64,000 nucleotides of DNA, taken from positions 21,286 to 85,285 of the forward strand of contig JAFYAW010000018.1 of assembly GCA_017540505.1 (NCBI GenBank), given 5' to 3'. Below are positions 1 through 10,100 of this stretch, one piece after another (the first letter of the stretch is position 1; each line of letters starts with the position of its first letter). The notes under the pieces were generated by a model. It did no database searches. It was not told the DNA's origin and saw only the letters and a list, made by a program, of their open reading frames with translations. Made by a program: the position numbers and the translations under genes. This stretch comes from Bacteroidales bacterium (GTDB taxonomy: Bacteria; Bacteroidota; Bacteroidia; Bacteroidales; WCHB1-69).

Positions 1-93
1 TCCGCGCAGCATGTTCATCCGCAGGGAACGGTAGCTTGGTGTGCTTTTCCGATAAAAATGATTTCAGGATGGTTTTTATTTTGAAAAAAAGTG

Positions 94-101
94 TATTTTT
101 G
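94..101 (+). promoter_or_regulatory. Bacteroidetes-type -7 box (TATTTTTG) for tRNA-Ser
   Basis: Matches TAnnTTTG 25 nt upstream of the tRNA 5' end. It sits in a ~30-nt context nearly identical to the tRNA-Met promoter at 62344. Confidence 0.6.
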
Positions 102-125
102 CCGCCGATTTCAAAAACGAAACCC

Positions 126-212
126 GGAGAGGTGGGTGAGTGGCTGAAACCAACAGTTTGCTAAACTGTCGATGGGGAAACCTATCCGCGAGTTCGAATC
201 TCGCCCTCTCCG
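126..212 (+). tRNA. tRNA-Ser (anticodon GCU), type II with long variable arm
   Basis: Acceptor GGAGAGG/CCTCTCC. Anticodon stem ACAGT/ACTGT with loop TTGCTAA. Long variable arm, T-arm GCGAG-TTCGAAT-CTCGC, discriminator G. CCA is not encoded. Confidence 0.92.
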
Positions 213-220
213 CAGAACCA

Positions 221-249
221 AAGGCAACGCGAAAAGCGTTGCCTTTTTT
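221..249 (+). terminator. Intrinsic terminator after tRNA-Ser
   Basis: 10-bp stem AAGGCAACGC/GCGTTGCCTT, loop GAAAA, then a T-run. Confidence 0.8.
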
Positions 250-260
250 GTTGCCGAAAG

Positions 261-434
261 CCTACGACTGCTCGCAGTCGGAAGGCAGGAGGCAACAAAA
301 AAGGGCATTGCGGAGCGATGCATTTTGTTATGCAAGGATGCCCGCGGCAGCGAAGAGATATTCAATCTCGCCGCCTACGGCTGCTCGCAGTCGGAAGGCT
401 GGAGGCAACAAAAAAGGGCATAGCGGAGCGATGC
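261..434 (+). repeat. Two ~61-bp direct repeats (261-321 and 374-434), 113-bp period
   Basis: Unit is CCTACG(A/G)CTGCTCGCAGTCGGAAGGC(A/T)GGAGGCAACAAAAAAGGGCAT(T/A)GCGGAGCGATGC. The copies differ at about 3 positions. No convincing ORF. Confidence 0.8.
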
Positions 435-486
435 GAAATTTTTCATGACATTTAAATAAAAAACACTTTGTATTATTGGATTTTTA

Positions 487-494
487 TATCTTTG
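487..494 (+). promoter_or_regulatory. -7 box TATCTTTG (with TTTG at 467-470)
   Basis: TAnnTTTG 35 nt upstream of the ATG at 529. Confidence 0.55.
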
Positions 495-528
495 CAGCAA
501 CCTTAATTTGTATTAACCATAAAATCCA

Positions 529-2274
529 ATGCGTATGAAAAAACTTGTATTCTTTTCATTTCTGATGCTTGCCGCTGTGTCCTTCGGTGTGTCGCAGACT
601 GTCGTGTTCAGCGACAATTTCGACACCTACACGGTTGGCAGTCATCTGGCCCAGAGCAATTCTGCTTGGACTACCTGGACTAACGATCCGGGTTCAGATG
701 AAGATGGTGTGATTACCAACACGCAATTCTCATCGGCACCAAACTCACTGCTCGTTTCGGGCGCCGTTGACCAGGTGTATCCCTTCGGCAACTACACCTC
801 GGGGCATTACACCGTCACATTCAACATGTACGTCCCCAGCACGGGCAACGGGGCCTATTTCAACATCCAGCACGAATTGCTGACACAATGGTCTTATGAG
901 TGCTACTTCTACAACAACGGCACGGGATATCTCACCGTGGGTGGTACGGATATCAATTTCACGTATCCCTCCAACACATGGTTCCCAGTGGTGATGGATG
1001 TGGACCTGGATAATGACCAGACATCATTGACTATCAATAATGCAGTAGTGAATACGTGGCCCTTCCACTATACTGGGGAATCTACCACTGGCGGCTCCAA
1101 CAAATTGGCGGGCATTGACCTTTATGCCGGTGCACCCAATAGTCTGTCCGGAACCTACTATGTGGATGACTTCATCGTGACGGAAGTGAATGCTGCTCTG
1201 GTGGGAGAATTCGCTGTAAACCCCACGACATTGTCGGCCACCTTTGCCCCCAACACGACAGGCACCCTTAGCCTTGACTTCTCCAATCCGGGAACCAACG
1301 TCACCGATTACAAGATTGTAACCACATACGATATTCCCAACCCCGACAACACCTCAACTGGTGAAACCACCATGATGTATTGTAACCAGCCTGAAACGGC
1401 TATCGGCTTCACCTCCGCTACACAATATGACCTTGCGGTAGGATTCCCGGCGGACATGCTCCAAGCACATATTGGCAAAACCCTCCGGACGATTGCAATA
1501 CCTTTGACAAGCGATATCACAAATGCCAAAGTCAGGGTGTGGGGCATGAGTAACCCCCTTTGGGCAGAAGGCCCGGGTGAGTTGCTGTACGAGCAGACAT
1601 TCACTCCCACGGATGATTGGAACTACATTAACCTGTCCACCCCGGTTGTTATCGATGGCAGCGATCTCTGGATTGGTGTTTGGATTGACCAGCCGGATTC
1701 CATTTACCCCATTTACATGGATGTTTACTCTGCCAATAACTATAGCGCATGGTATAGAACTTCAAACACTTGGCACAATCAGTTCACCAATTACGAGTAT
1801 AACCTTTGTATTGTAGGCTACATTGACGGCACGCCCATCACGCCGTGGCTGTCGGCAAACCCGACCGTGGGCACCATCAATGCCGGCGGCAGCCAGTCGC
1901 CCACCGTCACCTTTAACAGCCAGGGAATGGCTTTGGGCGAGACCCACACCGCCAAGCTGCACTGCTACTCCACCGACTTCAACAACAAAGAGGTGGTGGT
2001 GCCGGTGTCGCTGAGCATCACTAACGTGGAGGTGGATGAGCACAACCGCATCGCCGTGTCGCTCTACCCGAACCCGACGGTGGACCAGGTACAAATCTCC
2101 GCCGACCGTATCCTGCGGGTGGAAGTCTTCAACCTGACCGGCCAGAAGATGCTGGACAACGAATACAGCGACAGCCATGTTGTCCTTGACGCCAGCAGTC
2201 TCCCTGCCGGCACCTACATGGTGACCGTCACGACCAGCACCGGCAAAACCACAAAGAAAGTGGTTGTCCGGTAG
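529..2274 (+). CDS. Secreted protein with T9SS C-terminal sorting domain (CTD)
   Basis: N-terminal signal peptide (MKKLVFFSFLMLAAVSFGVSQ). The last ~75 aa (VSLYPNPTVDQVQI...LPAGTYMVTVTTSTGKTTKKVVVR) fit the Por/T9SS CTD pattern. Confidence 0.8.
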   Translation: MRMKKLVFFSFLMLAAVSFGVSQTVVFSDNFDTYTVGSHLAQSNSAWTTWTNDPGSDEDGVITNTQFSSAPNSLLVSGAVDQVYPFGNYTSGHYTVTFNMYVPSTGNGAYFNIQHELLTQWSYECYFYNNGTGYLTVGGTDINFTYPSNTWFPVVMDVDLDNDQTSLTINNAVVNTWPFHYTGESTTGGSNKLAGIDLYAGAPNSLSGTYYVDDFIVTEVNAALVGEFAVNPTTLSATFAPNTTGTLSLDFSNPGTNVTDYKIVTTYDIPNPDNTSTGETTMMYCNQPETAIGFTSATQYDLAVGFPADMLQAHIGKTLRTIAIPLTSDITNAKVRVWGMSNPLWAEGPGELLYEQTFTPTDDWNYINLSTPVVIDGSDLWIGVWIDQPDSIYPIYMDVYSANNYSAWYRTSNTWHNQFTNYEYNLCIVGYIDGTPITPWLSANPTVGTINAGGSQSPTVTFNSQGMALGETHTAKLHCYSTDFNNKEVVVPVSLSITNVEVDEHNRIAVSLYPNPTVDQVQISADRILRVEVFNLTGQKMLDNEYSDSHVVLDASSLPAGTYMVTVTTSTGKTTKKVVVR

Positions 2275-2327
2275 GCCTATACGATACGGTGTGATATGCC
2301 TGTAAAGGCATATGAAATCCAAGATAA

Positions 2328-2360
2328 GGAGACGCCACTATGTGGTGTCTCCTTTTTTTT
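2328..2360 (+). terminator. Intrinsic terminator
   Basis: GGAGACGCCA/TGGTGTCTCC stem (one G-U pair) followed by T8. Confidence 0.8.
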
Positions 2361-2394
2361 GACCGAATATAGAAAAAGACAGGCAGTTTTTTCG

Positions 2395-2402
2395 TACCTT
2401 TG
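2395..2402 (+). promoter_or_regulatory. -7 box TACCTTTG
   Basis: TAnnTTTG 21 nt upstream of the pcm ATG. Confidence 0.5.
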
Positions 2403-2422
2403 CATCCTCTAACGCAAAGACG

Positions 2423-3067
2423 ATGACCGACAATTATCTTTTATTGGGAGCAAAGAAACGGCTGATTGAGGAGCTGCGCGAGAAGGGTATCTCTGATGAG
2501 CAGGTGCTGCAGGCCTTTGACAAGGTGGAACGCCACCGTTTCGTGGAGTCGTTCCTATGGCCGAAAGCCTACCAAAATGTGGCCCTCAAGCTGCTGAACG
2601 GGCAGACTATCTCGCACCCCTATACCGTGGCCTTCCAGTCGCAACTGCTGGGTATTTCAAAGGGCGACAAGGTGTTGGAGATCGGCACGGGCTCCGGATT
2701 CCAAGCGGCCATCCTCAGTGCCATGGGTGCCAAGGTCTTCACGATTGAGCGCCAGGAGCTTCTCTTCCGCAAGACCAGCAAGCTGTTAGAGAGCCTTGAT
2801 GGCCGTATTCTCACCTACTTGGGCGACGGTTACCGCGGCCTGCCGGAGATCGCCCCCTTCCAGAAGATCATCGTCACCTGTGGTGCCCCTGACGTGCCTC
2901 CCGCCTTGCTTGACCAGCTGGCCGTTGGCGGCAGGATGGTGATTCCCGTGGGCGACGCGTCGCACACCATGAAGCGCATCACCCGCGTTGATGATCAATC
3001 GTTTGAGGAAGAGACATTTGGAGACTTTCTGTTCGTCCCCATGCTCAAGGAAGTTGTCCGAAAATAA
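2423..3067 (+). CDS. pcm: Protein-L-isoaspartate O-methyltransferase
   Basis: SAM motif VLEIGTGSGFQAAIL; length 214 aa; overall Pcm-like sequence (ISHPYTVA, VIPVG). Confidence 0.88.
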   Translation: MTDNYLLLGAKKRLIEELREKGISDEQVLQAFDKVERHRFVESFLWPKAYQNVALKLLNGQTISHPYTVAFQSQLLGISKGDKVLEIGTGSGFQAAILSAMGAKVFTIERQELLFRKTSKLLESLDGRILTYLGDGYRGLPEIAPFQKIIVTCGAPDVPPALLDQLAVGGRMVIPVGDASHTMKRITRVDDQSFEEETFGDFLFVPMLKEVVRK

Positions 3068-3072
3068 GCCCG

Positions 3073-4143
3073 CTATTCCTGTTTGAAGACGATGCTCCCC
3101 GGATTCACTCCAACGGGGAACGAGAATTTCTTTTTACCTTGGTCAGAAAAACAATACACATCACCCGTCACGGTGAAGTTGTAGGCATCGGAGATATATA
3201 CGTCGCCGTTGATGGGGTTGACGGTGATGCAGTAGGGAGCATCCAATGAGGTGCCGTCCGTGATGAAATCCTCCGTGGAAAGCTGGTCGTTCAGCAGGTT
3301 CAAGGTGCGAATCCACGAGTCGCCGTTGTTGTAATCGTAGCTGTAGATGTATGCGGTATGCTGATGGATGGCCATTCCTAATACGTTGATATTATAGGTT
3401 TTAATAACGTTGTCGCTGTAGGTGTCTATCTTTTGCAGGTTATATGGGATGCTGCCGTAATTGCCACGGGATTGTACAAACACATAGCGGTCGTTGTAGG
3501 GGATCACTAAGCAGGGGTTGATACCTACCGGGATGGTCTTGATGACGGAGAAGCTGTTGAGGTCGATGACGGTGACGGTGGAGTCGTAGTTCGGATAGTT
3601 TAGTCCGCCGGAGTTGGCCACGTAGAGTTTGTCGTTGCACACGCAGATGCCTTCGGGATTGTTGCCGCTGTGCACGGTGCCGTCCACCGTCAGCGTGGCG
3701 GTGTCGATGCGCACCACGTCGCCGTCAAAGCAGCTGACGTAGGCTTTGCCCTCGTGAAAGGCGATGCTGCGCGGCGATTTGCCCGGCAGGGAGATGGCCT
3801 GGATGGATTTCAGGTCCTTGACGTTCATCACCTCCACACGGTGGGAGTTGTTCACTACGCAATAGAGCTTGGAACCGTAGATTTTGAGGTCGTTGCCCGT
3901 GTCGCCAAGACCGCGTCCGTTGGTTGCCAAGAAGGCGTCATCCGTGATCAGGCCGGTAGCGATGTCGTAGAAGGTGATGGTACTGTTGTTGAGTTGGAAA
4001 TTCCCCTGGTTCAAAACCAAAATACCCGTGGTGATGGGGTTGATAGGCGGTTGGGGCGGATTGCAGGAGGAACAGAGACCGAAGAAGGCTGTGAGGAGTA
4101 GGATTGTCTTTAATAAAAGATGGTGTAGATTGTATTTCATCAT
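3073..4143 (-). CDS. Beta-propeller (YVTN/YncE-like, DUF5074-like) surface lipoprotein
   Basis: Lipoprotein-type signal (LCSSC). Repeated YVxN/GxNP blade-like motifs. Lies immediately downstream of a TonB-dependent receptor. Confidence 0.6.
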   Translation of the reverse strand: MMKYNLHHLLLKTILLLTAFFGLCSSCNPPQPPINPITTGILVLNQGNFQLNNSTITFYDIATGLITDDAFLATNGRGLGDTGNDLKIYGSKLYCVVNNSHRVEVMNVKDLKSIQAISLPGKSPRSIAFHEGKAYVSCFDGDVVRIDTATLTVDGTVHSGNNPEGICVCNDKLYVANSGGLNYPNYDSTVTVIDLNSFSVIKTIPVGINPCLVIPYNDRYVFVQSRGNYGSIPYNLQKIDTYSDNVIKTYNINVLGMAIHQHTAYIYSYDYNNGDSWIRTLNLLNDQLSTEDFITDGTSLDAPYCITVNPINGDVYISDAYNFTVTGDVYCFSDQGKKKFSFPVGVNPGSIVFKQE

Positions 4144-4152
4144 AGTAAAAAA

Positions 4153-6648
4153 TTAGAATTCAATGGAGAATTTGACATTTATCAGTCTTCCGGTCAGATA
4201 GTTGGGTACGGCGAACTGTGAGCCGCTGATGTCGGTGACCCAGAAATGGGAGGATATGTTGGAGGTGCCCAGCAGGTTGAAGACTTCAATATAGACGCCG
4301 GCGTTTTTGATGCTGCGCACGAACTTGGACTTGTTGCGCATACGGTCGCGGCTCTGTTCGAGGAACATGAACGAGCAGCCAAGGTCCACGCGGCGGAACC
4401 ATGTGTCGCGTAGCACGCGCATGTAGGCAGGGGCGTTAGGTGCGCCGTAGGGGAGGCCCGAGGCGAAGACGAAGTTCAGATGCACGCGGAACTGCGGGTA
4501 TCCGGGGATGTGGTCCTGGAAGAAGAGGTTTAAGGCTACGCGCTGGTCGGTGGGGCGCGGGATGTAGCCTGGCTCGACGCGATTGCCGTCTTGGTCGATG
4601 TAGTAGTCGCCGATGATGTCCTCCGCCGTCTTCATCAGCGATACGGAGAACCAGGATTCGAGGCCGCGCACAAACTCGCCGCTGATTTTCAGATCCAGTC
4701 CCGCGGCATAGCCTTTGGCGTCATTCTCCCCGCTGTAGATGATACGCACGTTGTCCACTGTGTAGGAGATGAGGTGGTCCATGTACTTGTAGTAGGCCTC
4801 GGCGGTGAACTTGAAGGGTCGCCGCCAGATCAGGAAGTTGTATTCCGTGCCGGCCACCACATGGACAGAGCGTTGCGACTTGATGTCGCGGTTGAGGCTC
4901 CCGTCGGGGCGGCGCATCTCGCGGTAGAAGGCCGGCTGGTAGTAGAGGCCGGTCTTGACGATGAACCGCCAGTCATGCTTCCAGTGCGGGTCGTAGGTGA
5001 AGGCGAGGCGCGGCGAGGCCGTGAACTCCTTCTTGTTGAGGGTCCAGTAATGGAAGCGCACGCCGGCATTGAGGATGTAGTGTGGTAGGGTGTCGTCGTC
5101 AATCTTCCAGACATCCTGCACGAAGCCGGTGAAACGGACGGTGTTGAGCAGGTTGTCGCATTTGAGGTAGTCGTGTTCGCCGAAGGCGAGAATGCGCGAC
5201 GGGTCGTCAAGAGGGACTGTCACGCCAGGCGTGTTATGCGTCATCGGCAGCGTGTAGCCGGAGGAGTCGCGCATGGTCCACTCCTTGATATGGTCGTTGA
5301 TGTATTCGTTCTGCGCCTTCACCCCCCAACTCAGCAGGTTGGAGTGGGGCAGCTTGTGCTCGCCAAGGATGTTGGCCGCCGACACCACCGAGGTGATGGC
5401 GTTGCGGGCATGCTCCAGATAGGTGCCGTAGGCCCGGATGGAGACCTCCTGCGCTATCTCACCATCTTCGTTGCCAAGGTCCGCTTCGATGTCGCTCAGG
5501 AAATACTGGCTTTGGATGTCGTAGCGTTCACTCTCCTTGGCAAAATAGGAGGAGAGGATGAGCCTCAGATGGGTCTTGTCGTCGGGACGGTAGTGGAAGG
5601 TGAGGCCGCCGAGGTAGTTCTCGTAGCGGTCCAGCTCCTGTCCGTCGTAATAGACGGTCACGCGCTTCATGTTCTCGATGGAGCCCCAGGTGGTGGTCCG
5701 GTCTTCCGGCTGGTAAAGGTAGCTGTTGATGGAGAAATTACCCAACAGGCTGATGCTGAATTTCTTGCTGATGTCCCAATTGAGGAGCATCTGCGTGTCG
5801 AAGAATCGGGGTTTGAAGTCGCCATGGGTCTCCAGCGATTTCAGCAGGTAGGCGTTGGAGTGGAAGCGCAGGCCCACCAGGAAGGAGAAGGTGCTGTCCA
5901 CCTTGCCTTCCGCGTGTGCGGTGGCCCCTAACATGCTGGCGGACACGGACCCGCCGTATTGCGTGGGCGTCTTGTACTGCACGTCCAGCACCGACGACAT
6001 CTTGTCGCCGTATTTGGCCTCGAAGCCGCCGGCGGAGAAAATGACGTTGCCGGTGAGGTCGGGGTTTATGAAGCTCATGCCCTCCTGCTGGGCACTCCGC
6101 ACTAAGAAGGGACGGTATATCTGGATGTCGTTGACAAAGATGAGGTTCTCGTCGTAGTTGCCGCCGCGCACGTTGTACTGGGTGCTCAATTCGTTGGTGG
6201 AGGAGATACCCGGCATCATCTTGATCAGCGACTCCATGCCGCCACCCGGGGTGGGCATCTGGAAGGAGAGTTTCGGGTTGACCTGAATGTATCCCGCTTC
6301 CGATTTTCCTCGTATGTTGACCTGCTGCAGCCGGTTGCCGACAGTCTGCAGGGTGATGCTCAGGTTGCGCGTCTCCTTCGATTTCAGACGAAGTGCAATG
6401 ACCGTGTCTCTGTGGCTGATGTGCTGGATGAGGATGTTCAGGTCGGTGTTCTCCGGCACGGCGAGTGTGAAACGCCCGTAGTCGTCCGTGATGGTCTGCA
6501 GGTTGTGGTCCAGCACGTGCACAACGGCATTCTCAACAGCCTGACCTTCCGTATCATACAAAACACCCTTGATGGTGGCCCTTTGGGCATGGGAGATGCC
6601 GAAGGTCAGAATCAGCAGACATAATATCAGAAAGGAGCGTGTGTTCAA
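4153..6648 (-). CDS. TonB-dependent receptor (CarboxypepD_reg N-domain + plug + barrel)
   Basis: Signal peptide; IKGVLYDTEGQAVENAVV carboxypeptidase-regulatory-like domain; plug motifs (NVRGG, ENLIFVNDIQIY); C-terminal F. Confidence 0.85.
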   Translation of the reverse strand: MNTRSFLILCLLILTFGISHAQRATIKGVLYDTEGQAVENAVVHVLDHNLQTITDDYGRFTLAVPENTDLNILIQHISHRDTVIALRLKSKETRNLSITLQTVGNRLQQVNIRGKSEAGYIQVNPKLSFQMPTPGGGMESLIKMMPGISSTNELSTQYNVRGGNYDENLIFVNDIQIYRPFLVRSAQQEGMSFINPDLTGNVIFSAGGFEAKYGDKMSSVLDVQYKTPTQYGGSVSASMLGATAHAEGKVDSTFSFLVGLRFHSNAYLLKSLETHGDFKPRFFDTQMLLNWDISKKFSISLLGNFSINSYLYQPEDRTTTWGSIENMKRVTVYYDGQELDRYENYLGGLTFHYRPDDKTHLRLILSSYFAKESERYDIQSQYFLSDIEADLGNEDGEIAQEVSIRAYGTYLEHARNAITSVVSAANILGEHKLPHSNLLSWGVKAQNEYINDHIKEWTMRDSSGYTLPMTHNTPGVTVPLDDPSRILAFGEHDYLKCDNLLNTVRFTGFVQDVWKIDDDTLPHYILNAGVRFHYWTLNKKEFTASPRLAFTYDPHWKHDWRFIVKTGLYYQPAFYREMRRPDGSLNRDIKSQRSVHVVAGTEYNFLIWRRPFKFTAEAYYKYMDHLISYTVDNVRIIYSGENDAKGYAAGLDLKISGEFVRGLESWFSVSLMKTAEDIIGDYYIDQDGNRVEPGYIPRPTDQRVALNLFFQDHIPGYPQFRVHLNFVFASGLPYGAPNAPAYMRVLRDTWFRRVDLGCSFMFLEQSRDRMRNKSKFVRSIKNAGVYIEVFNLLGTSNISSHFWVTDISGSQFAVPNYLTGRLINVKFSIEF

Positions 6649-6711
6649 ATACGGATTTGTTAAAATGACGAACTATATACGGACAACTATGTAAATTATT
6701 GTATGGGTAAA

Positions 6712-6750
6712 ATAAAAAAAAGCTGCTGTAATAGTTTTACCACAGCAGCT
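6712..6750 (-). terminator. Intrinsic terminator of rpmB
   Basis: 9-bp stem AGCTGCTGT/ACAGCAGCT followed by T8 on the minus strand. Confidence 0.8.
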
Positions 6751-6772
6751 TGTAGTTCACGTTGGGGATGGA

Positions 6773-7006
6773 TTATAAGATTCCCTTTTCAGAGGCTTCC
6801 ACTAAGCATTTGTAAACGCCCTTCTTGTTGATGTTGCGCATACCGTGGGCGGAAACTTTCAACCAAACCCATTCGTCCAGCTCCGGCACATAGAATTTCT
6901 TGGTGTGCAGGTTGGGGTGGAATCTTCTCTTGGTTTTGATATTAGAGTGGGAAACATTATTACCAACCACCGTCTTTTTTCCTGTAATTTGACAAATTCG
7001 TGACAT
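6773..7006 (-). CDS. rpmB: 50S ribosomal protein L28
   Basis: [11 protein letters not shown]...[19 protein letters not shown] is a canonical L28 sequence; 77 aa. Confidence 0.93.
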   Translation of the reverse strand: MSRICQITGKKTVVGNNVSHSNIKTKRRFHPNLHTKKFYVPELDEWVWLKVSAHGMRNINKKGVYKCLVEASEKGIL

Positions 7007-7054
7007 GTTCTCTATCGTTTTTTAATGATTAATAATCCTTTTTAATTTGGGCGG

Positions 7055-7062
7055 CAAAAGTA
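7055..7062 (-). promoter_or_regulatory. -7 box TACTTTTG (minus strand) for rpmB
   Basis: Reverse complement of CAAAAGTA, 49 nt upstream of the rpmB ATG. Confidence 0.55.
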
Positions 7063-7116
7063 CAAAAAAATTCATTCAATCCCAACGTGTTGGTTATTAT
7101 TTTTTTCAACTTTCCC

Positions 7117-10100
7117 TTATTCCTCTAAAATGCAGCGTATCGAGTAGCCGAAATTATCCGCATCCTCCTTTTCTTCCAGTTTGTGGCAGGGGAATGTCAT
7201 GGAGAAGAAGAGCGTGTTTTCGGAGTTTTCGTCGCCGGAAGTGGACCAGAAGCGTGTTTCGCCGAGCAGGTTCTCGAAGCGTTTGCGGGTGCCGTTGTAG
7301 AAGCCGGCGGGCAGTGCCGAGAACTGCGTGCTGTTGTTCCCGCCGCTGTCGTTGATCCAATAGAGGGGCGAGCGCAGGGCGTAGGCCCCGTACAGGCTCA
7401 GTGCTTCATACTGCTCCCGCTCGGGCAGATACCAGCCGTCGGGGCAGATGCCCGGATGGTGGCCTCCGGCGGTGAGGCTGTCTTTCTTCAGGCTGTCCAT
7501 GGCATCGCGCCACGTGTAGAGGCACCCGAAGATGCGGATGTTCTCCAGCGTGTCGGGATACATGTCGGAGGCATATCCCATCACGCGGGGGATTTTCCGC
7601 CCGTCGGCGTAATGCTGCGATTCCAGATTGCGCTGTGTCCAGCAATAATGGCCGATGCGCACTGCCGGATAGATGTTGCCGTCGTAATCCACGGCGTCGG
7701 GGCAGGGCAGGTTGACCCATGGGTCCTGGATGCGCACCAGCACGCTGTCGTGCAGGATGCCGCACCCGCTGCCGATAATGTCAATATGGTACATTCCTTC
7801 ATCAGTCAATGACAATAGTAGATTCACGTCCCGCTGTTGGCTTTCAAATCCGTTGGGCCCTGTCCAGTGGTAGGTGAACTCCTCCATCGCCAGTCCGTGC
7901 AGGTGGCAGGTGTCGCCCACCTCATACCCGACGGTCGCCTCCCCATCCTCCAGCCAGCATTTCCGGATGGATTCCATATCGCTGACACGGAAATTGGTTA
8001 GGAAGTGTGCGTTGCAGGCGTCTTCCATCTGTACGGACATGTTCTGCATGAAACGCAGCGGCACATCCTCGAAATAGCCCGTGCTGTTTTGGGCAATCAG
8101 GGGTCCTTGGCCGTCCGGCTGTGCAAAGAGCCGGTAGATGTAGGGTTCGGAGCCGCCCCGCGCTTTGGAGTGCACGAAGCCTGTGGTATCGGCACTGTTG
8201 CACACATACGAATACAAGTACTTGAAATCCAGCGTGGCCCCGTCCCAATGGATGATGGTGTCCACATGAAAGCAGGGGTTCGTTGGAAGATAGGCATCGC
8301 CGCCTTGCGGCAGGGTGTACATGCTGAGCCGGTAGTCGCCGGCCACGCCCACGAGCAGGGGCTCCCCCTTGACGACGGCGTTGGCGGAATGGATGATGGA
8401 ATCTCCCAAATAGACTTGGAAATAGGTCTGCAGATTCTGGCCTCCCTTGGCGAACTGGCCCGCTATGGGCGTGATTTCCAATCGGGTGCACTGCTGTCGG
8501 AACTGGTAGGCAGGTGGCTCTGCTATCTCCGGCGACTCGCGCAAGAAGTCCTGCACGAGGGTGTCTTTGCTCCGATTGCAGGCCGAGGTGACCACCCACG
8601 TGTACCGCCCGTTGGGCAAAGCGGTGTCACTGAGCAGCAGTAATGGCCGGTTGGACCCGTTATGTTTGTAGGGGATGATTTCAATGTTGGCATGGTTGTC
8701 GGTATTCTGCCGATGGGTGGTTAGGTGGCCGATAGAATCCGTATGTGTGGTGAAGTTGTAGAAGTTGTTCCGCGGACTGCCAACCAACTCTACGGTAACA
8801 TCCCGATACGAGGCTTTGCGTGTGCCGTCCTCGGCACGGGAAAGCCCGTAGGCACCATTGATCTGAAACACGCCGACACCATACCGTCCGTCGGGACAGT
8901 ATTCTTTGAAGTCTTGGGTGGTGGTCGCCCAATCATAATTCCGGTAGTATGAGGCGATACCTCCTCCCGGTTCGGGTTTATATACAATCGTAGTGGCGTG
9001 AACCGGACATCCGTGTGCATCCACTATTTCCACAATCAAGGTGTCGCCAGCATTCACACCAGAGGTGACGTTGGACGATAAGATCCAGGAATAGTCGAGT
9101 GTGGACTCCATGTCGCTGAAAAGCACGGTGTCAGTGGTGGCGTTTGTAACCTTCCATGTTACGGGCAGCGTGACGTAGCTGTGGTACTGCATCCCGACGG
9201 TGCTGTTTGGGATGCCACCCTCCTCAGTCATTAGTGTGTATGCCTTGTCGCTGGGGTGGTTCAGCGAGTCGGCAGGCATGTAGATGTTGACTGGGATAAT
9301 ACGTTGCGAAAACAGTTTCAATCCTGTGATTACATTTTCGTAGCGGGCGGTCTGGTATCCGCAGGTGTCGTAGTATTCTTGTGTTGCCAACACCAGCCGG
9401 TTTACGGGGAGGAGATTGTCTGTTATCTGCCCTTGGGGATAAATGGTAAAATGAAACTCTACCAGTGTGTCTTCGCAGGCTTTGGGTCGTACTTGCATCG
9501 TGATGGGTTTGAACCAGATATTGCAGTAGCAGTTGGCTTGTGACACGGTGTCGCGGATGAAAGTGCCTTGGGTGGATGACGGCGGCAGATTGTACCAGGA
9601 GGTGGTGTCCGGCCCTGTGAGGACGGCGGGATTGAGGAAACGGTATTCGTAAATGGCCTCCCCGGAATAATGGTAGTAGTCGTCGTTGCTTTCGGAGGAA
9701 TATGCCTCTATCAGCATGTTCTTGATAGTGATGACATTATGCGAATAGATGTCGCCGCTGCTGTTTCGGAGCAGGAATTTCTGATTGCGAAGGTTATAAC
9801 GGACCTCTGGTACTGGGGCGGTCAACGCGGGCGTATGATATCCGCACGCGTCGTGGCACAGGAAACGGTATTCGCCCACGGGCAGACTATCTATAGTATA
9901 ATAGTCGCGGAAATCGTAGCGCAGGGGGTCGTCGCCGGTGTGCTGCGGTGATGTGAAGGTGACGCTTCGCCAGAAGAGGGTGTCGCTGCCGCTTATACGG
10001 CTGATTTCCACCGTGTAAGGTAGGGTGCCGCGCTCGATTTTAAGCTGGATCTTGCCGGTGGGCTTGCATCGCAGGGATGGTACGGTGCCGTAAGGGTGCT

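Noticed and set aside
111-448. ORFs overlapping tRNA-Ser and its downstream repeats (111..365 minus, 140..448 plus, 172..423 plus), and 62257..62478 minus over tRNA-Met
   Set aside because: They overlap well-formed tRNA genes or terminator/repeat sequence and have no supporting signals.
6773-7006. rpmB standing alone without an adjacent rpmG
   Set aside because: From memory, many Bacteroidota have rpmB-rpmG together. A strong terminator follows rpmB here, so rpmG is presumably elsewhere. I cannot verify how unusual this is, and it has no obvious consequence.
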